A stretch of 64,000 bases of DNA, from positions 624,602-688,601 of the forward strand of contig JAEXAB010000003.1 in assembly GCA_023394875.1 (NCBI GenBank), read 5' to 3'. The position numbers and the translations under genes are program-made. The notes under the pieces are model-generated. The model made no database searches and was not told where the DNA came from. It saw only the letters and a list, made by a program, of their open reading frames with translations. Positions within the stretch are counted from its first letter, which is position 1, and the number at the start of each line of letters is the position of its first letter. This DNA is from Bacillota bacterium (GTDB lineage Bacteria; Bacillota; Clostridia; Christensenellales; DTU072). Below, piece after piece: positions 1 to 11,600 of the stretch.

Positions 1-752
1 TAACGTTTACTAAGCTTACGTTGCGCGTCCTTCATAATGGGTGGCAAATGAATATAAACAGGTCTTTCCCAGCCGAAGCTGTCGTACATAAGGTTATATT
101 TCGGGGTGGAACTAAGATATTCCGTCCCTCTCATAACGTGGGTTATTCCCATAAGGTGGTCGTCAACCACGTTGGCAAAATTGTAGGTGGGCATACCGTC
201 CGACTTAATAAGAATATTGTCTTCCATATCGGCGCAAGGCACGCTTATTGTGCCGAAAACCATATCTTCATAGACAGAAACACCCTCTTTAGGGATATTC
301 TGACGGATAACGTAAGGAACTTTTCTGTCAAGCAAGGATTTAACTTCCGTAATGGAAAGATTCAGGCAATGCTTGTCGTATTTTTTCACGCCGTTGGCAT
401 CGGCTAAGGTGTCTAATCTCTCTTTGTCGCAAAAACAATAATACGCGCCCCCTCTTTCTACCAAAAGTTCGGCATATTTTATATACATATCTTTTCTTTG
501 ACTCTGAATATAAGGGCCTACTCCTCCGTCACGGTCGGGGCCTTCGTCATGCTCAATGCCCGCTTTCTTTAAAGTAGAATAAATAAGCTCTATTGCACCT
601 TCTACGAATCTTTCCTGGTCGGTATCCTCTATTCTCAATATAAAATCTCCGCCGTTATGCTTGGCGTATAAATAAGCGTAAAGGGCGGTTCTCAAATTTC
701 CTATATGCATAAACCCTGTGGGGCTTGGGGCGAATCTTGTCCTGACTTTCAT
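1..752 (-). CDS. gltX: glutamate--tRNA ligase, N-terminal ~250 aa (rest lies beyond the left edge)
   Basis: Absent from the ORF track because it runs off the window. Reverse-complement from ATG at 752 reads [45 protein letters not shown].., the class-I HIGH-type signature. The frame stays open to position 1 and ends in ..[10 protein letters not shown] (KMSKS-type motif). Confidence 0.9.
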   Translation of the reverse strand, partial: MKVRTRFAPSPTGFMHIGNLRTALYAYLYAKHNGGDFILRIEDTDQERFVEGAIELIYSTLKKAGIEHDEGPDRDGGVGPYIQSQRKDMYIKYAELLVERGGAYYCFCDKERLDTLADANGVKKYDKHCLNLSITEVKSLLDRKVPYVIRQNIPKEGVSVYEDMVFGTISVPCADMEDNILIKSDGMPTYNFANVVDDHLMGITHVMRGTEYLSSTPKYNLMYDSFGWERPVYIHLPPIMKDAQRKLSKR

Positions 753-851
753 TGCTTTCTCCTGTTATTTTCGGTGATTTTGGCATTAATTATTGTATCA
801 CACTTTTATCTTTTAGTGTATAATATTTATATAAATAATTATGGAGTGATT

Positions 852-2147
852 ATGACCGATTTTAACACCGCAAAACAATGGCTCATCAAACTTTTACAGT
901 TTCCTACCGTAGAACAACCGCCCGCAAACAATATGCCTTTTGGCAAACCTTTATTTGACTGTCTTAATTTTTCTTTGCAATTGTTAGAGCAAAACGGCTT
1001 TGTCACTAAAAACTTAGAAGGCTACTGCGGATACGGAGAAATTGGACAAGGAGAGCTGTTTGGGATACTTTGCCACCTTGATGTGGTACCTGTTGGCGGC
1101 AATTGGACTTATCCGCCGTTTTCTGCCACCGAAGTTAATAACCGCATTTACGCCCGCGGCGCCTTAGACGACAAGTCACCTTTTATCGGCTGTCTTTACG
1201 CGGTAATAAGGCTTCTTGAAGAAGGCTACCGCCCGAATAAAAGAATCCGCTTTATTTTAGGCTGTGACGAAGAAAGCGGCTGGACTTGCATGGACAGATA
1301 TACAAAAACCGAAGAAATGCCCGTTTTGGGTATATCCCCCGACGGAGATTTCCCGGTTATTAACTGCGAAAAAGGCATTGTATACCATAAAATTATTGTT
1401 CCTAAGCCCAAAGAAATAAAAATGATAAACGGCGGAGAGCGGGCAAATATGGTGCCGGAAAGCGCCTATTGTATTTTGGAATACTCAAAAGATACAATAA
1501 ACTATCTTAATAATAACAATTATCCTTATATAATAGAAGATAACACCATAAAAATAGAAACCAAGGGCAAATCCGCCCACGGCAGCCACCCCGAAAACGG
1601 AGATAACGCCATAGTAAAACTCTTAAAAATCTTGAGTTTTATCCCCGAAATGGAAGTTATGTATAACGCTTTTTGTAATTTTGATGGTAGTAACGTAAAT
1701 TTGAATTTAACTGACGAGCAAAGCGGAGCGCTAACCTTAAACTTAGGCACGGTGGAGACAATGGAAAAGGAACTGATTTTTCAATTAGATATTCGCCATC
1801 CTATTACCTACACCAAAGAAGAAATTACCGCTATCTTACAAAAAACTCTCCCCTTTAACGTAGTTCAAGGCTTCTATCACCTACCATTATACGTAGATAA
1901 GGAGCATTTTTTGGTAAAAACCCTGCTGGAAGCTTACAACACCGTTATGAAAACAAATTTGCAGCCCATAACAATAGGCGGTGGCACTTATGCGAGAGTT
2001 CTGCCTCTAGGGGTAGCTTTCGGACCCTCATTCCCCGGTAGTGAAGCTACCATTCACGGTGTGGACGAGTACGTTGATTTATCGGAATGGAAAAATTCCA
2101 TAGAAATTTACTATACCGCTCTTAAAAACCTTTGCTTTGAAAAATGA
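852..2147 (+). CDS. pepV: M20-family dipeptidase (PepV-like)
   Basis: ORF 705..2147. I prefer the ATG at 852 (MTDFNTAKQW), preceded by GGAG, because the longer start overlaps the gltX start. Motifs HLDVVPVG, GALDDKSP, GCDEESGW and GGGTYAR are typical of M20A dipeptidases. Confidence 0.85.
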   Translation: MTDFNTAKQWLIKLLQFPTVEQPPANNMPFGKPLFDCLNFSLQLLEQNGFVTKNLEGYCGYGEIGQGELFGILCHLDVVPVGGNWTYPPFSATEVNNRIYARGALDDKSPFIGCLYAVIRLLEEGYRPNKRIRFILGCDEESGWTCMDRYTKTEEMPVLGISPDGDFPVINCEKGIVYHKIIVPKPKEIKMINGGERANMVPESAYCILEYSKDTINYLNNNNYPYIIEDNTIKIETKGKSAHGSHPENGDNAIVKLLKILSFIPEMEVMYNAFCNFDGSNVNLNLTDEQSGALTLNLGTVETMEKELIFQLDIRHPITYTKEEITAILQKTLPFNVVQGFYHLPLYVDKEHFLVKTLLEAYNTVMKTNLQPITIGGGTYARVLPLGVAFGPSFPGSEATIHGVDEYVDLSEWKNSIEIYYTALKNLCFEK

Positions 2148-2168
2148 TAGAATATCAGAAAAAAAATA

Positions 2169-2200
2169 TACAGTCTTCTACTCTTGTTTAGAAGACTGTA
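2169..2200. terminator. bidirectional rho-independent terminator between pepV and luxS
   Basis: Perfect 12-bp stem TACAGTCTTCTA / TAGAAGACTGTA with an 8-nt loop. An A-run lies upstream and a T-rich tract downstream. Confidence 0.8.
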
Positions 2201-2243
2201 CTCATTTTGATATTCTGCGTAAAAAAGAAATTTCCGACGCTGT

Positions 2244-2750
2244 TTAGTCGGCTTTTTTGGTTCTGGCTTTTCTTGGTTGCGGATAAACGAAGTTTTCTTT
2301 CTTGGCGTCGATTAGTAAGTTATAATACAATGCTGCGTCGCGTTTTGCCGCGCTTAAATCCATATCCACACAGTAACCGCATTCTTTGGGGGTAGCGCCG
2401 GGGATTTCTCCCTCAAACTCCGCCGCATAATCGAACGTTCTTTCTATCAAAGGGCAAATAACGTCGGTATCCACGTCCCCTATAACTATTAGATAAAAGC
2501 CCGTCCTACAGCCCATGGGCCCGAAATATATTATTTTATCTTTCCAAAGCGGGTCGTTACGTAAGTAAGTGGCGCAAATATGCTCTAGGGCATGAATACT
2601 GCCTGTTTCCATAACGTTTTCTTGATAAGGTCTCTTTAGGCGCAAATCGAAAGTGGTTATGGTATCATAGCCGATTCTGTCCTTTCTGGACACGTACAAG
2701 CCCGGTTTCAGGCGTAAATGATCTACTTGAAAACTTGGTATCAATTCCAT
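2244..2750 (-). CDS. luxS: S-ribosylhomocysteine lyase
   Basis: 168 aa. It has the SFQVDHLRLKPGLY N-terminus, the metal site HALEHICATYLRN (HxxEH) and GPMGCRTGFY. Confidence 0.95.
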   Translation of the reverse strand: MELIPSFQVDHLRLKPGLYVSRKDRIGYDTITTFDLRLKRPYQENVMETGSIHALEHICATYLRNDPLWKDKIIYFGPMGCRTGFYLIVIGDVDTDVICPLIERTFDYAAEFEGEIPGATPKECGYCVDMDLSAAKRDAALYYNLLIDAKKENFVYPQPRKARTKKAD

Positions 2751-2770
2751 TTTCTTTCCCTTCTGTTGTT

Positions 2771-3637
2771 TTATTTATAGGTTTTTAAGGTATCGTGAAC
2801 TATTTTGCAGTTGAGGATTTTGTTATCAAAGACTTCTCCGTCCACTTGCGTTTTTCCTTCGTCAAGTAAGGTTATTATTATTTCTTTGCCGCGGAAGGTT
2901 TCTGTACAAGGTAAAGCTATATGCTTGCCGCCCAAGAATTTTATTAGCGTCCCCAAAATCTTACGACGCTTAATTTCGTTAACTATTACCACGTCGAAAA
3001 GTCCGTCGTTAATGTCGGAAAGTGGGCTTACCGGCATACCGCCACCGATATACTTACCGTTAGCTACCACCGCGAAAAACACCGTTTTGTAGCTGTCAAC
3101 TCCGTCCACGGTAATTTTCATTTTGTGAAACCGTAAGTGCAAAAGGGTGTCAATTAGGGCAGCGTAATACTTTAGTTTACCCTTAAACGCCTTCATCGTG
3201 TTGTACCTCACCAAAACGTCCACGTCCATACCGGCGCCCGCGCAGTTTAAAGCCCTCTTGTTATCCAGCTGTAAAAAGTCGGTGTAGCCTACTTCTTTTT
3301 TTAATATAAGCTCCAAGGCTTTAGTGGTGTCCTTAGGTATATTTGTGGCTTTGACGTAGTCGTTGCCGGTGCCGCAGGGGATAAAACCAACGGTTATTGT
3401 TTGGAAGTTATCTATCCCGTTTAGCGCTTCGTTAAAGGTGCCGTCTCCGCCCATAACAATAAGGTTTGTGCTGTCTGTTTTGTTAAGGTCTCTTACGATT
3501 TCCGTTGCGTGTAAGGGATACTCCGTTTTGTGAACTGTGTAAGGAATCTCATTTTTATTGAGGATTTCTTCCACGGTTTTTAAGGCAATTATACTCTTGC
3601 CTTTTCCCGAAATAGGGTTTATTAATATATCAAACAT
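2771..3637 (-). CDS. diacylglycerol/lipid kinase family protein (YegS/DagK-like)
   Basis: 288 aa. It starts NPISGKGK, carries the GGDGTFNEALNG catalytic-domain motif, and has PCGTGNDY. Confidence 0.85.
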   Translation of the reverse strand: MFDILINPISGKGKSIIALKTVEEILNKNEIPYTVHKTEYPLHATEIVRDLNKTDSTNLIVMGGDGTFNEALNGIDNFQTITVGFIPCGTGNDYVKATNIPKDTTKALELILKKEVGYTDFLQLDNKRALNCAGAGMDVDVLVRYNTMKAFKGKLKYYAALIDTLLHLRFHKMKITVDGVDSYKTVFFAVVANGKYIGGGMPVSPLSDINDGLFDVVIVNEIKRRKILGTLIKFLGGKHIALPCTETFRGKEIIITLLDEGKTQVDGEVFDNKILNCKIVHDTLKTYK

Positions 3638-3762
3638 AATTTTTTCCTTTGTATATAATATTTACTTGTTACTAATATTATAGCCTATATTTTATCAGTA
3701 TTTTATATTTTTGTAAAGGAGTATGCAAAATAAAATACTTTTTGAGAAACTGTCAAAAATAA

Positions 3763-3791
3763 TTGACAAATATCAATCTTTATATTATTAT
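3763..3791 (+). promoter_or_regulatory. sigma-A-type promoter of the tRNA cluster
   Basis: TTGACA (3763-3768), 17-nt spacer, TATTAT (3786-3791), about 14 nt upstream of the first tRNA. Confidence 0.6.
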
Positions 3792-3804
3792 AGTATAGCA
3801 TCGT

Positions 3805-3881
<77 letters not shown>

Positions 3882-3888
3882 CAATTAT

Positions 3889-3965
3889 GGCGGCGTAGCT
3901 TAGTTGGTTAGAGCGGCCGGTTCATACCCGGCAGGTCGTTGGTTCGAATCTGACCGCCGCTACCA
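3889..3965 (+). tRNA. tRNA-Met (CAT), elongator type
   Basis: GGCGGCGTAGCTTAGTTGGTTAGAGCGGCCGGTTCATACCCGGCAGGTCGTTGGTTCGAATC..CGCCGCTACCA. The cloverleaf is readable. The acceptor and anticodon arms resemble Firmicute elongator Met rather than Ile2, but a lysidine-Ile identity cannot be excluded by eye. Confidence 0.85.
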
Positions 3966-3973
3966 AAATTTAA

Positions 3974-4048
3974 GGCCCTATGGTCAAGTGGTTAAGACAT
4001 CGCCCTTTCACGGCGGTAACCCGAGTTCGAACCTCGGTAGGGTCACCA
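3974..4048 (+). tRNA. tRNA-Glu (TTC)
   Basis: GGCCCTATGGTCAAGTGGTTAAGACATCGCCCTTTCACGGCGGTAACCCGAGTTCGAACCTCGGTAGGGTCACCA, with anticodon loop CTTTCAC. Confidence 0.9.
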
Positions 4049-4056
4049 CCCAAAAC

Positions 4057-4132
4057 GGGAGCATAGCTCAGCTGGGAGAGCGCTTGCCTTACAAGCAAGA
4101 TGTCACAGGTTCGAGCCCTGTTGTTCCCACCA
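4057..4132 (+). tRNA. tRNA-Val (TAC)
   Basis: GGGAGCATAGCTCAGCTGGGAGAGCGCTTGCCTTACAAGCAAGATGTCACAGGTTCGAGCCCTGTTGTTCCCACCA, with anticodon loop CTTACAA. Confidence 0.92.
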
Positions 4133-4137
4133 AATAA

Positions 4138-4166
4138 AAGAAGCACCGTAATTGGTGCTTCTTTTA
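4138..4166 (+). terminator. terminator of the tRNA cluster
   Basis: Stem AAGAAGCACC / GGTGCTTCTT, loop GTAATT, followed by TTTTATTT. Confidence 0.8.
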
Positions 4167-4315
4167 TTTGCTGTGAACACAGGCACCTAGAACCGTAGGT
4201 TCGCAAATTTTCCCCTTTAGGGGGCAATCTGACGAGTTTTTGATACGCTTGAAAAATGGTTATTAAAATTTTTATTGCGTTTCACTTATAAATGTGTTAA
4301 ACAGCTCCGAGTGGG

Positions 4316-4392
4316 CCTGTTGTTCCCAAAGAACACAAACCATAGATTATCATATATTAATATTAAAGCACCGAAATCGGTGCTTCTTTCTT
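4316..4392 (+). repeat. partial second copy of the tRNA-Val 3' end plus terminator
   Basis: CCTGTTGTTCCCA (4316-4328) repeats tRNA-Val 4117-4129. A second AGCACCG..CGGTGCTTCTTT hairpin (4367-4392) mirrors the terminator at 4138-4166. Confidence 0.6.
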
Positions 4393-4407
4393 TTATAGTA
4401 TAAATAA

Positions 4408-5610
4408 TTATTCAATCAAAACTTTAGTTACATCTTCCTCTTCGGGCATTGCTATTGCATCGACTTTGTTGAGGCGTTTCATTATTATAGTGGTGCGTTT
4501 GGTCGCATCGTCTAGAGTTTTTGAAGCATCATCCACTTGTTTTTGGGCTTTATCGATGTTCTCTACGAATTTGTTGAAGTCTTTCTTAAATTGCATCAGC
4601 AGGTCAAAAACTTCTCTGGAGGACTTTTGTATTGCAAGGGTCTTAAAACCTAGCTGTAAGCTATTAAGTAAAGCACTTATTGTAGTAGGGCCTGCGGGAA
4701 TAATTTTATATTTACTTTGAAGTTCTTCTATAAGTCCTGGATTCTTGATTACTTCGGCATATAGACCTTCTATGGGAAGATACATTATTGCAAAATCGGT
4801 GGTATGGGGCGGATTTATGTATTTTTCTTTAATCTTCTTCGCTTGAATTTTTATTGCCCTTTCTATGCTGTTTGAGGCGCTTTGCAAGCTTACAATGTCC
4901 CCTTTTTCGCTGCTTTCTACCAGTCTTTGGTAGTCTTCCAGGGGGAATTTTACGTCAATAGGCAGATATATGCTTTTTTCTCCGCTTCCCGGGAGGACTA
5001 AGGCAAAGTCTACCGCTTCTCCGTTCTTAATTCCGCTGACGTTTTGTTGGGATACGTATTGTGTTTTGGTTAAAATACCGTCTAGGAGATTTTCTAAACT
5101 TACTTCTCCCCAAATTCCGCGCGTTTTTACGTTGGATAATACCTTTCTTAGGTCGGTTACGCCGTCGCTTAGCGACTGCATTTCTCCAAGACCTTTGTTA
5201 ACGGCGTCAAGCCGTTCGTTTATAGCGATAAAAGTTTGATTTAGGCGTTCGTTTAGGGTATTGGTAAGCTTTTCCTCTACCATAGTGCGGATTTCGCTAA
5301 GCCTTTTTTCGTTATCGGCGCGTACGTCGGCAAGGTTCCTGTCTATGTTATAACGAATGTCGCCTAAGGACTTGAACAAATCCTCTTTTATTTCTCCGAT
5401 ACGTTTTTCGGTATTGGAGCTTATTTCCTTTACGTTATTAAGGACTAACTCATTGTTAGAGTTAATCCCCGTAAAAATTGAGGCTAAATTAGTCTGAATG
5501 GTAGAAGTAATAATATCCTTGCTTTTGTCGGTCTCATTTTCCAGCCGGGATAATCTTTCTAATAACTCTGCCTGTTGTTTTAAGAGTTTTTTGCGGTAAA
5601 AGAAACACAT
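4408..5610 (-). CDS. rmuC: DNA recombination protein RmuC
   Basis: 400 aa. It has a long N-terminal coiled coil, then LPIDVKFPLEDY and DFAIMYLPIEGLYAEV, blocks I recognise from RmuC-family nuclease domains. Confidence 0.85.
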   Translation of the reverse strand: MCFFYRKKLLKQQAELLERLSRLENETDKSKDIITSTIQTNLASIFTGINSNNELVLNNVKEISSNTEKRIGEIKEDLFKSLGDIRYNIDRNLADVRADNEKRLSEIRTMVEEKLTNTLNERLNQTFIAINERLDAVNKGLGEMQSLSDGVTDLRKVLSNVKTRGIWGEVSLENLLDGILTKTQYVSQQNVSGIKNGEAVDFALVLPGSGEKSIYLPIDVKFPLEDYQRLVESSEKGDIVSLQSASNSIERAIKIQAKKIKEKYINPPHTTDFAIMYLPIEGLYAEVIKNPGLIEELQSKYKIIPAGPTTISALLNSLQLGFKTLAIQKSSREVFDLLMQFKKDFNKFVENIDKAQKQVDDASKTLDDATKRTTIIMKRLNKVDAIAMPEEEDVTKVLIE

Positions 5611-5614
5611 AATA

Positions 5615-8600
5615 TTAATAAGGTTTTGTTTGCGTCTTTACCCTTTCTTTCTTGTTTAAGGGGTTAAGGCGAGGCATAGTGTTGCCCTTGGGTATTCTTT
5701 GAACTCCGCGGCGATAAATACTGCTCTTGTAAGCTCTGTTAAAGCTGTTGAGGAATCTCTTGTGGCGTATACCGGCAATTACTACGACAACAATGACTAT
5801 TGCAAACAGCGAAGCGCCTATTATAGCTAAATTCCTAATCATTACTACGTCCAATTCCAAACCTAAGAAGTTGCCGAACACGCCCTCGTTGGGCACGTTG
5901 CCCTCTATGTTGGCTTTTGTCGCTAATATAAAGGTTGCCAAGCTATCGCTGGAGAAAGAAACCGACTTACCATCACCAGCTATTGTGACGTTTTTAATTT
6001 CGGTTACACTGCCATCGTTACTAAGTCTATAAACGGCGAATTTGATATAATTGCGATATTCTTCGGGAATAGGTAATACTACGCTTACTTCGCCGGTGCT
6101 GGTCTGACTGGAAGCTCCAACCAGGGTTATATTATTAACAGACACTACGGCGCGCGCGCCGTCGCTACTTACCGAACTTAAAATAGCTTTTTGGGCGTTG
6201 CCGAATATTTCCGTTGTGTTGGAATATGCGTTTACGTTAATTTTTGCGCCGGGCGCAAAATTGCCGTCAAGCTTAATTCCCGTTTCTTCATCGGTCAAAA
6301 GCAATATTTCGCAAGATTTTTTCAATGCCGTCAATTTGTTGAACAAATTGGGGTCAAAGCAGGATCTTTGGTCTGCTGTAAGGTTGTTATAGCTGTCATA
6401 CACACGAATAATGGAGTTATAATCGGTACTTACAACCATATTTATTGCAGGTAGCTCAATGGTGCTTTTTTCCACGCTTTCCACTTTATCCATTTCTGCT
6501 TTCAGCTGTGCAAACACCACTTCCAGATTATGATAATAACCATAGTACTTGCTGCTGGCATCGCCCTTAATGGCAGCCTGCAACCATTCTTGCCCGTAAT
6601 CCTTATATTCCTTGAAGGTCTTTAAGTATGAGAACATTTCTTCGTAATCGGACTTTAATTCGAAGCTGGACCTTTGTGCCAAACCTTCCAAATACGCTCT
6701 GTAGGTGGTTATTTCGTTTCTCAAAGTTTCTACTCTGTCGCGAAGTCTGGAAATTAGGTTGCGGAAATAAATCACGCGGTTTTGCTCCATATAGCTTACT
6801 GCTTCGTTGAGGTCTTCTTCATACTTATTGATTTTACGTAAATCGGTGTCGCTTAACGTAACGTTATTGACGTCTAGGTCAAAGGGCAGCATATACAATA
6901 CAAACGTTGCTGTGTTGCCTGCGTAGTCTTTGACGTAAATACGAACGTATCCGCGGTATTCCTTGCCGGTTGACTTGTCAATTCTGGTACTGTTGTCAAC
7001 GCTGCTTGTAGAAATAATATAGCCGTTGGGGTCAAGAGCAAGTCCTCTGGAATCCTCTTTTATGGTTATATATTCACATATTTCTATGTTTTCTTCCTCA
7101 ATAAAGACTTTTAAGTCGATAAAATGATTGTCACCTTCGATTACGCTTATATTTGACATAAACTTAATAACCGGCGGAATGGTGTCAATATTTACTTGGA
7201 AAACCTGAGTATAAGTCAAGCCTGAGCCCGAACGCGCGGTAACTGTGACTGTACAAATCTTTGAATAACTCAATGTGCCGTCGCCCGACCAAGTGCCGGT
7301 AGTCACCGAAGTGGAATCAAGGTCTCTATAGGTATAGGAATAGCTTACTCCCGATACGTTGAAGTTCCTTTCGCTGACCGATTTACTTATGCTTACCGTA
7401 CTTCTATTGGTCCACTCGCCCGAAACTATAGTCTTACTAGCCGTGCTGTCGTCGTTGCTGGCGTGTCCAGTCAACGTAAACTCGGGGCGAACTTTGTCTA
7501 CACGAAGTCTAACTGCCCTTTCTATTTTTACTACCGCTTGACCTTCTCCCTTATTTGCGTCAGATTTTCTGGTGGCGTAAATAATTAGTATAGCGTCTCT
7601 ATTTTCGTCAAAGCCGTCCAAACGGTCGGTAGAGAAGAAACTGTCGGAGGGGAGTTCTCTCTCTACGGTAGTAACTTCTGAAGTTGTTCTGTATTTTAAC
7701 ACGTAAGTAAATCTTATTCCGCTTACGCAGTTTTGCAAGATATTTATTCTCACTAATACAGGCACGCTTGACCAAGCCCCTGTAGTGTCGCTAAGGTAGG
7801 TATTACTTCCACCGTTATAAATAAGGTTATTAACGGTAGTTATTATTTCGAAATCGGGCTCGTTCGTGTCGATGGCTATATAAATTTTTTGAGTGTAAAT
7901 ATACTCGGCGCCCGCGCGGTTAACTGCCTTGAAAGTGAAGCTGGTCTTAACTCCCTGCGGGAAATAAACTGCGCTGAATATAAGCTGTTGGGCATTAACA
8001 GAGCCTGCTTCATAATACTGGGCGAAGCCAATAGTCGGATCAACATATAATTCCCAAAGTCCTAAGTCGTCACGCTTGAAGTAATACTGAACTTCGGTAT
8101 TGCTGGTTTCTATACTTAAACTTATCGTTGCTCTTTCTTCCCACATATAAGCAAACATATTGAGGGATTGGTCATAATAAATGCCCTCATCGGCTCTGTA
8201 GGATAACTGTCCGGTAATTGAGCTTGGGTCGATAACAAAGGTATAAACAACGTAACTGCCGTCCACGATACCGCCCGACCTGTTGCCGACCTCGTTTATT
8301 GAGTACAGCATAATTTTATATTGAGTATATATTCTGTTGCCGCTTACGTCTAAAATTGAATCAAAAGCCATTAAAGAACTTAACTTTGTCCAACCGTTGA
8401 GAACGGTATCGCTCTGAGGATTTTGTGTAATGGACGTATTGCCGCTTGCATCTAAAATTGCATAATAATAGCTTCTTGTGGAGCGGTTTGCTTCGGCATC
8501 CGCTGTTTGAACTAGCCTGATAGGTTGGGTACTATAATAGATATTGCCGTCCGGTTCGCCCGCGCTATACTTAATTATATCCTTGACGTTGGGAACGGTA

Positions 8601-11600
8601 TTATCGACTTTTATTATATTACCGCTAATTTCTCCTATGCTGGAACGATACCCTGCGCGGTTGGTAACCGACAAAGCCAGATATCCGTAAAAACTCTTGC
8701 CCGATAAATCTATACTGAATTGATAAGGGTCGGTTGCTCCGCTAATCCTATCACATTCCAGCCAAGTCCCTTTACTAATTTCTTCGCTTAAATTAATATT
8801 GGCTTTATATTTAATGAGCATATAGAAATAACGGTAACCTTCTTCGGGTATGTAAACGGCGCCGCCCTCTCTTACTAAAGTGATTTTTACGTCCACCGTC
8901 TCTGCAACGTTCCACTGAGAAGAATCCATTACCGTAATAAGCTCATAATTGATTGCAAGATTAAGTACGTCATACTCTATTCTTAGTGTGTATGCGCCCT
9001 CTAACGTTCTTTGCGGATTGGAACTTAATACGTCACCTTTATAATCTTTCGCTAGACTTTCTATGTAGAATATGATTTCCAAAGTGCCTTGCGGTCCGCT
9101 CTGCGCTTTTATCTCATCGATAAGGAATTCAATAAAGGTGCCGTTGGCTCTGACAAAGGAATTTAGAGCGGCATTCCAAAAATAATAAACAAAATGTCCT
9201 TCTAACTGGGCTTTGGGTATAAGTTCTATGCTCAAATCTTCACAGACAGGACCGTAATTGACGCTTAAGGTGTTTTCCATAGATATTGTATCATTACCTA
9301 TTCTTAATTCTTCCAGTACGATATCCTCTTGGGCTGACAAGTCTATATTGACTATAAAGGACGGGTCGTTGCCTTGCATATCGGTAGCTCTCACTCCCGA
9401 ACCGGTATAGATGCGGAAACGGTATTCTTGAGAGAAAATTATGGAAGTATCGGGCACACTCTTTTCGAACTTATAAATATTATACTTAATATTATTGTCG
9501 GTAATTAGGGTAGTATCAATAGGCGCTCTCTCAACGGGCTCTATCCATCTTAATTTACCAAAATCGTCATACAGAGGATTGCCGTTGGCGTCCACTGCAT
9601 ACTCTAATTCCTTAACGTATACTCCGCTTATGCCGCTTTTTACTTTAAGGGTAATAATTACACTGCCGTTAACCCAATCCGTTGATACCACGTACTGGAA
9701 AGGTCCGCCGTAATTTTCGTCCCTGGGCGCAATCATAGCGGTAAGCTCATAGGTGGGCATAACGGTGTCAATTTTAATGGTGGGGGTGGTAAAGGAATTA
9801 TAACTTCTCTTGCCCGCCGCGTTGGTAGCATAAATGGTAAACGGAGATTCTGCGCTTGCGCTTAAATTAAAGCTGTATAAAGAAAATCCTTCGCTTATCG
9901 CGCCGACGTATGTTCCTTGCGCGCTGTAAAGCACACCGCTTATGTTGTTAGGAGAATACCAAAATGTATATCTAGTGGCGGGAGTTGTATACTGACCGCC
10001 CACAAGTTTGGTATCGGTAGGCATTTTTGCAAAGACTTCTATGCCTTCGGTCGCCACCCAACCTTCGGAGTTAGTGGAAAATACCGCATCGTCGAAATCA
10101 ATGTTCAATTCAAAATAAGTGCTTACCAAAGTAACCTTTAGGTCAACCGTAGTGCTGCTTTTTTCGGCGCCCGATTCTATCCTGAAACGATAGGTTTTGT
10201 TTTGCAAAATTCCGCTGACCGATTTTTCTAAAATTGCATAATAATAGGTTTTGCCACCCGATACCAGACTTACGGCTGTTAATTGCACATCTTGAGAATA
10301 ATCGCCGTTAGCAAGTTTTTCGGCATAATAGAACTTCGGCGCGCTTAGGCTCTCAACGTATTCGCCAGTTGCATATTTGTTATCAATAATAATACGCACT
10401 CTGCCGTTTGCATAGCCTGCGTTTAGTCCTTCGGGGGTTGATTCTATGGTAAGATTTTTGGAAAAGTTGGAATCGTTAAAAATTTCGGGGTCGTCTGTTT
10501 TCGCACTCAACTTAACCACCGGGGTTACTTTGTCGATTTTTACTTCGTAAGTGGTGTCGGCTCCGTGATATATTTCTCCAGCGGCGTTACGCGCCTGAAA
10601 AACAACGCTCTGTTTGCTGGAAGAAACCGAATAACTGTTGGTATCCATTTTTTCATAGCCGGCGCCGTTTAGGTTAACCCAGTATTCTATGGGGCTTATA
10701 CAATTGCTTGTGTCTTCCAAAGTAAAGACAACGTCATTACAAGCCCAATTGCCCTTAAAATATTCTCCGATACTGCCGTTGGCTTTAATGGTGGTTGCGG
10801 TAACCACGAAATTCGGTCTTATGATATCCATATTTACGTTATAAGTAAACGCTTGTTGGACTTTGTTCTGCCCCGATATATCAGTAACTCTAAACCATAT
10901 TTTTACGTCGTTAAGGTTTTCTCTGACAGTAACTTTGTTACTGCTCATCGGGCGCCATTGCTTGGTCGGGTTGCTGCCTTCCTTATTGTCCACCGAATAA
11001 TAAAGTAACTCATCGGAAGGATTGTAAGCGCCATGACCTGCCATCCATAAAGTTGTTATTTCAAAAGAAATGGAAGCATTTGTCCAGTTTCCTGTATAAT
11101 TTAAGGTTTGCGCTCCTTGCTGATAGGTAGCTTTAATTTGCGAAAAACCTAAATCTTCGGCAGACAAAGCAGTGTTAACTTCAATATTCCAGGAATAAGG
11201 ATAATACTCGTTTTGTGTTGTCTGACTTTCTCCCTCATAAACGGTGTATTGTCTTCTGAAATATATGTATTTATTAAAACTGTTTCCTACATTTTCGGTA
11301 TGAAAAATATAGGTAACGCCGTTAATCTCTCTTAAATTGGTGGTAGTAATGGTCGACCAATTCCCGCCTGCAACGTTTTGCAGTTGTTCGTTGGAAAGAT
11401 TGGCTGAGCTTAGGTAGTATTGAAAACCGTCGTTTAATTGATAATTGCTAATCAAAAAATGTAATTCGTTACTGTCGGTTACTCTATCTCCGGAATTAAG
11501 GTCATAATAATTTTCATTGACGAATTTGGTTACTCTCACGTTCCAACTAACATCGGCATTCGCGCTAACTTCAGACACAAAAACACCGAAGCCGAAGCAA

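Noticed and set aside
21-407. 128-aa ORF on the plus strand
   Set aside because: It is antisense to the clearly recognisable gltX reading frame, which carries HIGH- and KMSKS-type motifs on the minus strand.
705-851. N-terminal extension of the pepV ORF (start at 705)
   Set aside because: It overlaps the gltX start codon region on the other strand and has no RBS. The ATG at 852 has GGAG upstream and gives a normal PepV N-terminus.
3904-4227. ORFs 3904..4137 (+) and 3970..4227 (-)
   Set aside because: Both run through the tRNA-Met/Glu/Val genes and their terminator, so they are artefacts of stop-free structured RNA sequence.
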